This document shows positions 1 through 7,910 of a stretch of 43,630 bases of DNA, in pieces. The stretch lies in the sequence record MK562503, one strand, 5' to 3'. Source of the DNA: Shigella phage Buco. Position 1 is the first letter of the stretch; the number at the start of each line of letters is the position of its first letter. The position numbers and the translations under genes were made by a program. Below the pieces are notes generated by a model. That model was given only the letters and a program-made list of their open reading frames with translations. It did no database searches and had not been told where the DNA came from.

Positions 1-127
1 CCCGGGATATCCCGGGTTGACTTATCTGTTTTCGATTAAACACTAAGAAATAATCTCTTGTAGAATAGCTACTTAGAACCACTTGATAAAATACTTGAAA
101 AATAAGTTTGCAATCCCTGTAGTGGGA
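1..127. repeat. Direct terminal repeat, left copy; begins with a perfect 16-bp palindrome cccgggatatcccggg
   Basis: Bases 1..127 are identical to 43504..43630 (read directly from the sequence). The right copy is cut by the window edge, so the true repeat may be longer. Confidence 0.85.
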
Positions 128-136
128 ACCTAATAT
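108..136 (+). promoter_or_regulatory. Candidate host sigma70 promoter (TTGCAA, 17-nt spacer, TAATAT)
   Basis: -35-like hexamer 108..113 and -10-like hexamer 131..136 with 17-nt spacing, straddling the repeat boundary. Weak match, by eye only. Confidence 0.25.
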
Positions 137-265
137 GATTTCACCGGGCAGCAATACATCGCTGAACGGGGTAGTAAAGATAGCCACTGTAGTAACCCTC
201 CGGGGCGAAACAAGCTAGACGGGCCACACGGGAACAGTGGACGTGACCAATCATACGTTAACTGA

Positions 266-293
266 TTGGCAAGCTGGGTTATGGGACTAGTAT
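266..293 (+). promoter_or_regulatory. Candidate host sigma70 promoter (TTGGCA, 16-nt spacer, TAGTAT)
   Basis: Hexamers at 266..271 and 288..293; a 7-bp inverted repeat ccaatca/tgattgg (249..255 and 264..270) overlaps the -35 element. Confidence 0.2.
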
Positions 294-851
294 TTGAGTC
301 ACCGGGAGGCAAGAGGTTAGCCAAACGGGATAAGCAGTAAGACGTCGCTACGGAATGGTGACAGGTACACTCTACACTGATCAGCTAAGAGTAAATTGCG
401 GATTGAGAACCTTAACTCAGATAAGGGGCCGATTCCTACGGCACAAGTCACTACACATTTCGCGGTGACGTTAAGGCGCGAGGGCGATTGCGAAGTAAAG
501 CCAAAGAGTCAACGCTTAAAAATTTTCGTAATAAGTGTTGACAGCTACGAAGTGCTAGTCCAGACTGAATGGCAACAAAGCAGTACAGCGAGGTGAGGTG
601 AACCGCAGTACCCACGGGTACAATGACCGGGAATCCAAGATACTAGCTGGTAGTAGCAAGGCCGCCGGGCAGCACATAGTGCGACACGGTAGCGGGGAGG
701 CTGAGACTCTCTCCCCTGAAAGAATAGAGTCGAGGCCAGGACCACTGGCTACCCGGTTGTGCAGGGTGATACAAGGTTAGCTAAATAGTAAATTTAACAT
801 AGCTGGAGCTAACAAAGGCCAGCTAGATTAAATTAACTAGGAGAGCTTAAA

Positions 852-956
852 ATGCTGAGCTACGAGGAGTATTTCGACAACCTACCAGAAGGCGCTGAGG
901 CGCTGTCTGAGGCTGAGTACAACGAAGCAATAGGAGACAGCAATGGGGTACGCTAA
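852..956 (+). CDS. Small acidic hypothetical protein (34 aa)
   Basis: ATG preceded by aggagagc; below the ORF-track size cutoff; overlaps the 943..1164 ORF in another frame. Confidence 0.25.
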   Translation: MLSYEEYFDNLPEGAEALSEAEYNEAIGDSNGVR

Positions 957-1164
957 ACGCTTACAGAAGCGCTTTGACGGGCTTATAGACCTATCCGGCG
1001 GGGAGTTGCAGAAGCGCCGGGACAAGCTCAATGGCGCAGGGGTGCACCGGGGTAAGCAAAGCGCCACCTTCTCGACCTCTGTAAAGGGCAAGGAGAAGCG
1101 CAAAGGCAGCAGCAGACAGCCTATGGGTTACCCTAGCTGTAACAGCCAATTCAAGGGCAGATGA
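943..1164 (+). CDS. Hypothetical basic protein (73 aa)
   Basis: ORF-track entry; aggaga lies 7 nt upstream of the ATG; composition is low-complexity (K/R/G/S), so the coding status is doubtful. Confidence 0.25.
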   Translation: MGYAKRLQKRFDGLIDLSGGELQKRRDKLNGAGVHRGKQSATFSTSVKGKEKRKGSSRQPMGYPSCNSQFKGR

Positions 1165-1231
1165 CAGCCTACAGCGTCTCACGGGGCGCTGTGTGAAGTT
1201 ATTAATCCAATCCAAAACAAAGAGGTGTATC

Positions 1232-1789
1232 ATGGCTACTTTCAAACTCATTGCAGTAAATAGCCTTCAGAAGGCTCTTAAGGCTGCTGTAGACGCTAAG
1301 CGCAACGTCACTATCAGTGCGCTGTTCCACGGTCTGGTTAGCAGCAACGTGGCATTCGCTGCGGATATGCGTAAAGAGGATGCCGCTGATTTCGACGTCG
1401 TATTACGTGTTTTGCTCCCTATCCGCTACAACAAGGAAGCGCGTCAGTACCAGTTCGACCAGAAGAAAGCATTCGCCAGCGCTGAGAAGCTGGGGCTGAT
1501 GCTTGAAGCGGTGCGTGCTGAGTACCGCAACGCTGACAAGGCGGCGCGCGAGCAGATTGTGCAGGACTTCTATAGCCTGTGCATGAGCTACTACGACGAC
1601 AAGGCTACTGAGGCTAAGAGTAACTCTCTGGATGCTGATGCACTCCGTGATAGCGCCTTCAACCGCGTTAAGAGCAGCATCAAAAATGCCAAAGAGAAGG
1701 GCGTAACTGACGCCGCGCTGGTAGAATTGTTGATTGCTCAGGGCGTGGACGTCCGCGGCATCCTGAATGCTGAGAAAGCCACCGCATAA
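1232..1789 (+). CDS. Early hypothetical protein (185 aa)
   Basis: Internal ATG of ORF 1193..1789 preceded by agaggtg; first substantial ORF after the leader. Confidence 0.6.
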   Translation: MATFKLIAVNSLQKALKAAVDAKRNVTISALFHGLVSSNVAFAADMRKEDAADFDVVLRVLLPIRYNKEARQYQFDQKKAFASAEKLGLMLEAVRAEYRNADKAAREQIVQDFYSLCMSYYDDKATEAKSNSLDADALRDSAFNRVKSSIKNAKEKGVTDAALVELLIAQGVDVRGILNAEKATA

Positions 1790-1873
1790 GCGTGGTTTAG
1801 CGTGGTTTCTGTTAGCGCCTACATCGTGGGCGCTATAGGGCAATCATGCCGTATAGGTATTGAGGGTTTAATC

Positions 1874-2113
1874 ATGGTACAGACAATCACTATCATCGTG
1901 AAGTCGGCGCTGCTACTAATCAGCAGCAGCGTCTCCGAGCCTATCCCGTTCTGTACTATGGAAGTGCAGGGACAGCCGGGATATGAGTTGTTTGAAAACC
2001 CCGAGGGCGGCTGCAAGCAACTCGGGGCGACTTATAAACGTAACGCCGAAATTGCCTACCCGGATGCCGCGGTAGTGCTGGTGGTGGACGGTGTAAGCAA
2101 CCAGAATATGTGA
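1874..2113 (+). CDS. Early hypothetical protein (79 aa)
   Basis: Internal ATG of ORF 1802..2113 preceded by gaggg. Confidence 0.5.
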   Translation: MVQTITIIVKSALLLISSSVSEPIPFCTMEVQGQPGYELFENPEGGCKQLGATYKRNAEIAYPDAAVVLVVDGVSNQNM

Positions 2114-2120
2114 GGTTATT

Positions 2121-2300
2121 ATGTCAACCAAAACAATCGAAGTAGAACGCAATCGAGAGCAGCAGATATTCGAGCTGTTCTCGTTTCTGTTTAAACGTCC
2201 AGACCTCCCGGCTAATGACCCGGAAGGTGGGGATAACCAGCGGGTGCAAGCCCAGCAGTATCAGCACAGTGGGGCGTACGACGATGATAAAGTGGTTTAA
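2121..2300 (+). CDS. Early hypothetical protein (59 aa)
   Basis: ATG preceded by tgaggt; not in the track because it is 59 aa; reads MSTKTIEVERNREQQIFELF... Confidence 0.5.
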   Translation: MSTKTIEVERNREQQIFELFSFLFKRPDLPANDPEGGDNQRVQAQQYQHSGAYDDDKVV

Positions 2301-2439
2301 GAACAAGCTCGCTGCATGGGAGCTTAACGCCTTGCTCAAAGAGATTGAAGAGAATCTGGAGTATCAGGTGTGGTTGCAGCAGGAGCTAGAACGCGCCCAG
2401 TTCCGGCGCATTGAGCTGTTGCACCTGACCAAGAAGTAG
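2284..2439 (+). CDS. Small hypothetical helical protein (51 aa)
   Basis: Internal ATG of ORF 2215..2439; weak ribosome-binding site; overlaps the previous gene. Confidence 0.3.
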   Translation: MIKWFKNKLAAWELNALLKEIEENLEYQVWLQQELERAQFRRIELLHLTKK

Positions 2440-2446
2440 CATACTC

Positions 2447-2467
2447 AAGGGCATTCTGTGCCCTTTA
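2447..2467 (+). terminator. Stem-loop, possible early terminator
   Basis: aagggca / tgccctt 7-bp stem (2447..2453 and 2459..2465) with a 5-nt loop, followed by a T-containing tract. Confidence 0.35.
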
Positions 2468-2508
2468 TGAATGTTATTTGTTAGTTACTTACAGAGGAGA
2501 TAAGCACT

Positions 2509-2688
2509 ATGGCTCTAACAATCAACCCAGCTACGGTACTGGAGAGGCAGCAGCGGTCCAGTATTCAGGGGCTGGCAAGGGAGTACAGCGCTAAGGCAGC
2601 GCTGCGTACTATGTATGAACAACGGGCGGCCAAGCTGGGTATGACACTGGCCGGTTACTGTCAACGTTTTAATATCCGAGGTGTGTAA
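2509..2688 (+). CDS. Early hypothetical protein (59 aa)
   Basis: ATG preceded by gaggagat; stop overlaps the next start (TAATG). Confidence 0.5.
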   Translation: MALTINPATVLERQQRSSIQGLAREYSAKAALRTMYEQRAAKLGMTLAGYCQRFNIRGV

Positions 2689-2891
2689 TGGGTAATGTTT
2701 ACGCAGTAAAGGTTTACCGTAGCGATATAACCGGCAGTCTGCGGCGTGTACGGTTGAATGGCAGTGTTGAAAGATTCTCCCGTTTGAATAAATGCTGGGA
2801 ACCCTCGGCAGTTACAGCTACCGGCATGGCTAGGGAGTCTAGCGTCTTCAAGCTGATTGCTGTGCATGCGGTGTTCAAATGCCAAGCTTAA
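2688..2891 (+). CDS. Early hypothetical protein (67 aa)
   Basis: ORF-track entry; start coupled to the previous stop. Confidence 0.5.
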   Translation: MGNVYAVKVYRSDITGSLRRVRLNGSVERFSRLNKCWEPSAVTATGMARESSVFKLIAVHAVFKCQA

Positions 2892-3244
2892 CGCAAGACC
2901 TAACCCCGCTCACAGTATCGGAGGTAGCGGCGCTGTACTGGCGCATGCTTGAAACCGAGAGCAACGCTGGTTTAACCTGGGATAGCTACAGGAGAATTCC
3001 CGATGAACTCAAACCGCTCTGTCCTTGTGAGCGCCGACTTCGCCACGTTAGAAGAGAGGATGTTGTCTTGCTTGACACCCTCAGAACCTATTCTCCGGAG
3101 TGCGCAGCGCAGTCTCTGGCAAAGCTCCAGTTTCCCATCGTTGCAGAACTTACCACGAGAGGGTACGCCGGAGCATTCAAGGCTTTCAGCAGCGTTCTCA
3201 GACAGTACTACCGGGAGGCGTGCGCAATCCATTATTATGGATGA
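2879..3244 (+). CDS. Early hypothetical protein (121 aa)
   Basis: ORF-track entry; its translation looks more protein-like than the overlapping N-terminal extension of ORF 3003..4961. Confidence 0.55.
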   Translation: MPSLTQDLTPLTVSEVAALYWRMLETESNAGLTWDSYRRIPDELKPLCPCERRLRHVRREDVVLLDTLRTYSPECAAQSLAKLQFPIVAELTTRGYAGAFKAFSSVLRQYYREACAIHYYG

Positions 3245-4961
3245 GCCAGCGTATATCCTCCCCGGGCGAACTATAATCAAAGAGATACTCAACAACCACA
3301 AACAAGAAGAGGTGAAACCAATGCAACTTGAAATTAATGCTAACGCAATCTCTATGTCACTGGTTACCGGTGGCTATCACGATGGGAATGTTTACTACTT
3401 AACTCACGAACTCCCCCTTGAGGAGCTGGCTGATGAGCTGGGCAAGTGGATTAAATCTGAGCACACGCCCGAAGAGGTTATCCTGCGTATGCATCGCACC
3501 TTCTGGTACAGCTACATCGGCCCGGAAATTCTCTTGAGCAGAGACAACCATCCTCGCGGCAGCACAATAGGGCTGCACTGGGAAGATCTAACCGGGGGCA
3601 CGGCCTCAGCAATTCTTACCAAGCTAGGCTGGAAATCAGCTGGTTGGGATCAAGAGATCACTGCTACTAGTCCAGCCGGGCTGGTGCAGGCTGCTCAATC
3701 TCTGCTGCTGGGACATTTTAATCTGGTGCTGCATAAGGATGCGAGTGCTTTTGCTAATGCATTCATTGACGACTACAAGGAGGTAGTCCAAAAAACCGCC
3801 GGGGATATGGGGGTCTACTACAACACAAGCACTGGTCTCTACTCAGTAAAGAAGGTAGATTTAGTTAAGTTGCTTATGAACTTGAACGGGATCTTTGCAA
3901 ACCGGGGTGCAGTGCTGGTTGGCGAAGGCTTCAAAGATGGGAACCCTATGGCTATCCTTGCCCAACCAGTGTTTCGTGATGGGCAGTTGCAGGGCGTGAA
4001 GCTGCAAGAGCAGCGCATGGGGCGCTTCTTGACCAGCATCTTCGGCAACGCGAAAGACTTCCGCCCAGCCATTGATGACCTCAAGGTATACAACAAGAAG
4101 CCCCAGAGCTACCTTTGTGTAACAGAGGAGGAGTGGTATAATGCTTACGAGCAAGGCCCGGGCAGCTGCATGACCGATTATAAGTTTGACTGCTCCCCGG
4201 TGCGCGTCTACGCTACTACATCGCACGGGCTTCCTGATAACGGCCTGCGCCTGTGTATCAACTACACAGGGGAGTTGTTTGGTAAGGGATTCAGGGTGCT
4301 TAATCGCGCCATTGTCAATATTAACACCAAGGAATACGTCCGGGCATACGGTGAAAACGGTGATGCGGTCATGCGCAGCCTGGGTTATGAGCGCGATACT
4401 GGCGCAACCGACGGTGCTATCCTTGCCAAGATTCCGCATCCCCGTAACAACGGTGCGTATCTGATGCCGTATCTGGACGGGTCTGATGATGAAGTTGATG
4501 ACAACGACGATCACTGGGTCATCACATGCAGCGGGGATTATGGCGCTACGGATGCCAACGGATATATCTATGCGGGTGGCCGCTGCTGTGATTGCTGTGA
4601 TGAAAGAGTAGATGAGGATTCACTGACTGAGACAGCAGGTGGGGATGAGGTGTGTGGGGATTGCCTTGCGGAGAACTATGTGGTTCCCTTAGACAGGGAG
4701 GAATACTACCACCGGTGTGATTGCACCCATTCAGAATATGAGGGTGGTTGGGTATATGATAGTGACGTAGTGGATTGCCCAGTGTATGGCTGTGTATATT
4801 ATGGTAATACCATCTTTGCCCAGGGCCAGCGTGTACATGAAGACGCCACTGAGTGGTGCGAGGCGTTAGGTGACCACATCCTGACCGAAGAGGCGGCGGC
4901 CAATCTGGACGAACCTTACTTAGGCAGGGATGAAGAAGATACAGAAGAGGAAGCAGCATAA
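3237..4961 (+). CDS. Large early protein with a Cys-rich, acidic C-terminal region; function unknown
   Basis: In-frame ATG at 3237 overlaps the stop of the previous gene; an alternative start at 3321 has a strong site (gaggtga). C-terminal part carries clustered cysteines (CCDCC, CGDC, CDC, CPVYGC) and an acidic tail. Confidence 0.65.
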   Translation: MDEPAYILPGRTIIKEILNNHKQEEVKPMQLEINANAISMSLVTGGYHDGNVYYLTHELPLEELADELGKWIKSEHTPEEVILRMHRTFWYSYIGPEILLSRDNHPRGSTIGLHWEDLTGGTASAILTKLGWKSAGWDQEITATSPAGLVQAAQSLLLGHFNLVLHKDASAFANAFIDDYKEVVQKTAGDMGVYYNTSTGLYSVKKVDLVKLLMNLNGIFANRGAVLVGEGFKDGNPMAILAQPVFRDGQLQGVKLQEQRMGRFLTSIFGNAKDFRPAIDDLKVYNKKPQSYLCVTEEEWYNAYEQGPGSCMTDYKFDCSPVRVYATTSHGLPDNGLRLCINYTGELFGKGFRVLNRAIVNINTKEYVRAYGENGDAVMRSLGYERDTGATDGAILAKIPHPRNNGAYLMPYLDGSDDEVDDNDDHWVITCSGDYGATDANGYIYAGGRCCDCCDERVDEDSLTETAGGDEVCGDCLAENYVVPLDREEYYHRCDCTHSEYEGGWVYDSDVVDCPVYGCVYYGNTIFAQGQRVHEDATEWCEALGDHILTEEAAANLDEPYLGRDEEDTEEEAA

Positions 4962-5971
4962 TGTTAAACATCAGATTACTCAAGCAGTTACTGGAAATGC
5001 ACCGCCCGAGCTACGACTCGAATGCGTGGTTGCACGAGTTCCTGGACCCGCGTTTGCCAGCGGGTGCACAGAAGGTGCAGGACGATTACGGGAACGTGTT
5101 CGTTCTGGTGGGGGATAGCGAGCAAAGCGACGTGGCCTTTACCTGCCACACCGACACAGTGGCGCGCCGCAGTAGCCAGCCCCCGAAGGTGAAGATGTCT
5201 ACGTCCGGTATCATGTACGTCGGCAACCCTGACGTAGCTGACTGCCTCGGGGCTGATGATGCAGCGGGTATTTACCTGATGCTGGAGATGCTGGAGCACG
5301 GCGTGCATGGCCGTTACTGTTTCTTCCGGGATGAAGAAGTAGGCTGTGAAGGCAGTGGCTGGTCCGCAGCTGACAAGACCGGGTTCTGGACCGGGGTCAA
5401 AGCAATGATTAGTTTCGACCGCCGGGGTGATGGCATCATCACGAGCCAGCGCTTCCAGGAGTGCTGCTCCCACACCTTCGCACTGGAACTGGCCGAGCGC
5501 CTGGGCCGTACACCTGCACATCTTCAATCCGGTATCTACACGGACTCAGCGGAATTCATGGGTATCATCCCTGAGTGCACCAACATCGGGGTGGGTTATA
5601 AGTACGAGCACACCCCGGACGAGATTCTGGACATCGACATCCTGAGCTCGTTGCTGGAGCGCGTACTGGCTCCTGGTACATTCGCGAACCTGCCGATTGT
5701 ACGTGACCCGGCCCAGTCCCCTGCCAACCGTATCACTTCGTTGAGTGACTGGATGCAAGCAGCTCCGGTAGACGAGGACCCACTGCTGCTGGCCCGCTTC
5801 CGGGAATTGTCACAGCTGGGTATGCCGGAACTGGCACAGTGGGTAGTATCAAACCCGGAGGCGGCAGCGCAGTACATTGCAATTTACTCCGACTACGGAT
5901 TCAAATCAGAGCTGATTGAAGTAGGCACCAAGGTTGTGAAGGACTGGGGCGGCTTTGACAGCATGTTCTAA
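4961..5971 (+). CDS. Zn-dependent hydrolase-fold protein (M20/M28/M42 peptidase-like)
   Basis: Ordered motifs CHTDTV (about 5146), GADDAAG (about 5250), RDEEVG (about 5326) and a later His match the metal-ligand order of co-catalytic zinc peptidases. Start overlaps the upstream stop (TAATG). Confidence 0.6.
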   Translation: MLNIRLLKQLLEMHRPSYDSNAWLHEFLDPRLPAGAQKVQDDYGNVFVLVGDSEQSDVAFTCHTDTVARRSSQPPKVKMSTSGIMYVGNPDVADCLGADDAAGIYLMLEMLEHGVHGRYCFFRDEEVGCEGSGWSAADKTGFWTGVKAMISFDRRGDGIITSQRFQECCSHTFALELAERLGRTPAHLQSGIYTDSAEFMGIIPECTNIGVGYKYEHTPDEILDIDILSSLLERVLAPGTFANLPIVRDPAQSPANRITSLSDWMQAAPVDEDPLLLARFRELSQLGMPELAQWVVSNPEAAAQYIAIYSDYGFKSELIEVGTKVVKDWGGFDSMF

Positions 5972-6003
5972 GCAGTAACGAGCGACAATTCAACCATAAA
6001 CAA

Positions 6004-6024
6004 AATGAGGTTACACGGTATGGC
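6004..6024 (+). promoter_or_regulatory. Phage-promoter-like motif P1 (aatgagGTTACACGGTATgg)
   Basis: 12 of 14 match to the motif repeated at 21378, 42762 and 13102; overlaps the start of the next ORF, so its function here is uncertain. Confidence 0.35.
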
Positions 6025-6655
6025 AAAGGCAATCACTGTTAAGGTTACTGACAAGACTGATTTTGAAGCACACACTGCGTTGAAGCTCGGAGATATCTTG
6101 GTATTCAATGAGGATGGTGTTTATAAATATCCGAATGGTACCAACGGTACTTACAACGACCCCTGGCTTGAGAAGATGCTGAGCAACGGCTCATTCGCGG
6201 AGGTCCTGAGTGAGCGTAAATTCAGAGATACAGAAGCCCCTGAGTGGGCTACTGCCGTCGGGTGCTTCCAGGGCGGGTGGTACTGGGAGGAGGACATCAA
6301 CCAACGTAATGGGGCGCGCTTCCAGAACATAACAGGGACGAAGGCGTACGAGTACGACAACCACACTGTCAAAGGTTGGGACCAGTACAAAGTCCTGCCG
6401 GCGTTCGTGGAGGAGCAGCTACCGCCGGCACCGACTGCTGTCATGTACCTGAATGACACACCTACTGCCCACAGAGAACTTAAGTTACAAGGGGCCAAGG
6501 GATACCCCGGGCACTTGGTACTGAACGTAGGGGATGGTAAGGGTAACTCTAAGTCAATCGTGCTCAGTCCTGAATCAGCACTGCAACTGGCCCATGACCT
6601 GAATCGCATGGGTATGGCCGGTAAACGTAAACTAAAGGAGCAAGCTAATGGCTAA
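6020..6655 (+). CDS. Early hypothetical protein (211 aa)
   Basis: Second in-frame ATG of ORF 6005..6655, with gagg upstream. Confidence 0.55.
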   Translation: MAKAITVKVTDKTDFEAHTALKLGDILVFNEDGVYKYPNGTNGTYNDPWLEKMLSNGSFAEVLSERKFRDTEAPEWATAVGCFQGGWYWEEDINQRNGARFQNITGTKAYEYDNHTVKGWDQYKVLPAFVEEQLPPAPTAVMYLNDTPTAHRELKLQGAKGYPGHLVLNVGDGKGNSKSIVLSPESALQLAHDLNRMGMAGKRKLKEQANG

Positions 6656-6857
6656 GATTGAATATACAAGCGCACACCCTACTGTACAGGTAGGTATCCC
6701 GTTTACTTGGGGAATCAACGCTTACTGGTACATCCAAAGCTCCAATGGGTATTTTCTGTGTTTAAATGATGGTAAAGACGTAACGCAATCAATCGATCCG
6801 TACGAAATATTAAGTGAGCGTGGCTTCCGCTACGCTACGAGCATGGAGCTTAAGTAA
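6648..6857 (+). CDS. Hypothetical protein (69 aa)
   Basis: ORF-track entry; ggagc upstream. Confidence 0.5.
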   Translation: MAKIEYTSAHPTVQVGIPFTWGINAYWYIQSSNGYFLCLNDGKDVTQSIDPYEILSERGFRYATSMELK

Positions 6858-7720
6858 TGGCAGACGCCCCGTGGTTAGTAGCGTGCAAGCGCCTTGCCGT
6901 GGGGCAGACGGCCCGGTTCCGGTGCTGCGGCAGGACCCCTGCCGCGGTACTGTACAACAAGCCAGACAGCTGGGGCATGTTCTGCCACCGCTGCAAGAGC
7001 AGCCCGTACGAGAGGAAACAATACGTATCCCTGGTACAGCCCGAGATACTCCCGCGGGTGCTCCCTGCACCTGCACATCTAATCCGCGTTAGCCAGGCGA
7101 CCCCGGAGACGCGGGCACACGTATACAGTTTCATGGTCAGCAAAGGCTTGATGCCGGATATGCTGGAGGATGCATTATGGTCGGAAGAATTGAAGCGCCT
7201 GGTATTTCAAACCGGGCAAGGGACTTATCTAGCCAGGGCGATGTACGAGCATCAGCAGCCGAAGTGGTTGATGCTGGGCGGGGCGCAGAGCTATGCAATA
7301 GCACCTGCCCGGGTTGGAATTGCACAGACGAATGCACACACAACGCATTCAGCCCAAACCGCTGTCGCGGCACCTGCCAAGACACTGGATGCAGCTGCGG
7401 ACGCCGGATTGGTGGTGCTGACCGAGGATTACCTCAGCGCCCGGAAGGTGCAATGGACCAGCGAAAGGTACTCACCACAGGCTACGGTGTTAGCCGTGGC
7501 CTTACTTGGGACGAGGTTACAGCTCGCGTTAAAGAGCAAACTAGTGCAGGCAAACAAGCCCGTATTGTTGATGCTAGACGGGGATGCAGCCGGGGATGCC
7601 GGGACTGCAAGAATAAGTAAGGAGCTGCGCCCGTTCGTGCCGGTGCGGTCATATCAACTCCCTGGGCTAGACCCCAAGGATATGCAGGTACACCAGATTC
7701 TGGAGGGGTTAAATGTTTAA
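6857..7720 (+). CDS. DNA primase (zinc-binding plus TOPRIM-like)
   Basis: N-terminal Cys cluster CCGRTP...CHRC and acidic LMLDGDAAGDAG motif; sits immediately upstream of the helicase. Confidence 0.7.
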   Translation: MADAPWLVACKRLAVGQTARFRCCGRTPAAVLYNKPDSWGMFCHRCKSSPYERKQYVSLVQPEILPRVLPAPAHLIRVSQATPETRAHVYSFMVSKGLMPDMLEDALWSEELKRLVFQTGQGTYLARAMYEHQQPKWLMLGGAQSYAIAPARVGIAQTNAHTTHSAQTAVAAPAKTLDAAADAGLVVLTEDYLSARKVQWTSERYSPQATVLAVALLGTRLQLALKSKLVQANKPVLLMLDGDAAGDAGTARISKELRPFVPVRSYQLPGLDPKDMQVHQILEGLNV

Positions 7721-7910
7721 GAAAGAACCGGGCCTTACATTGGTCGGTCGTAAACTGTATCGTGGGGTGTTCGGGAATTTATATACGGTTAATAGTTTTG
7801 GTGTAGTTTGCGTTCAGACAGAGGGCTCAGAAAAGTGGGAGCCCTCCCACTACAGCTTAAAGGGTTTTAATGATGCTGTAGAAAAAGGGTATCTCAAAGA
7901 GGAGAACTAA
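7713..7910 (+). CDS. Hypothetical protein (65 aa)
   Basis: ORF-track entry between primase and helicase. Confidence 0.45.
   Translation: MFKKEPGLTLVGRKLYRGVFGNLYTVNSFGVVCVQTEGSEKWEPSHYSLKGFNDAVEKGYLKEEN

Noticed and set aside
538-566. Perfect TTGACA -35 hexamer at 538..543 as a sigma70 promoter
   Set aside because: No TATAAT-like hexamer at 15 to 19 nt spacing downstream.
3003-3236. N-terminal extension of the large early ORF starting at 3003
   Set aside because: This stretch overlaps the 2879..3244 gene in another frame and is Ser/Arg-rich nonsense, so the start was moved to 3237 (or possibly 3321).
3861-4514. Long minus-strand ORFs (for example 3861..4514, 11954..12517, 24704..25516, 32514..33188, 41160..41717)
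   Set aside because: Each lies wholly inside a well-supported + strand gene, lacks a ribosome-binding site and translates to low-complexity sequence. These are the antisense shadows expected in GC-rich coding DNA; all supported genes are co-oriented.
6005-6019. ATG at 6005 (MRLHG...) as the start of the 6005..6655 gene
   Set aside because: That ATG is part of the conserved promoter-like motif and has no ribosome-binding site; the second ATG at 6020 is preferred, though not certain.
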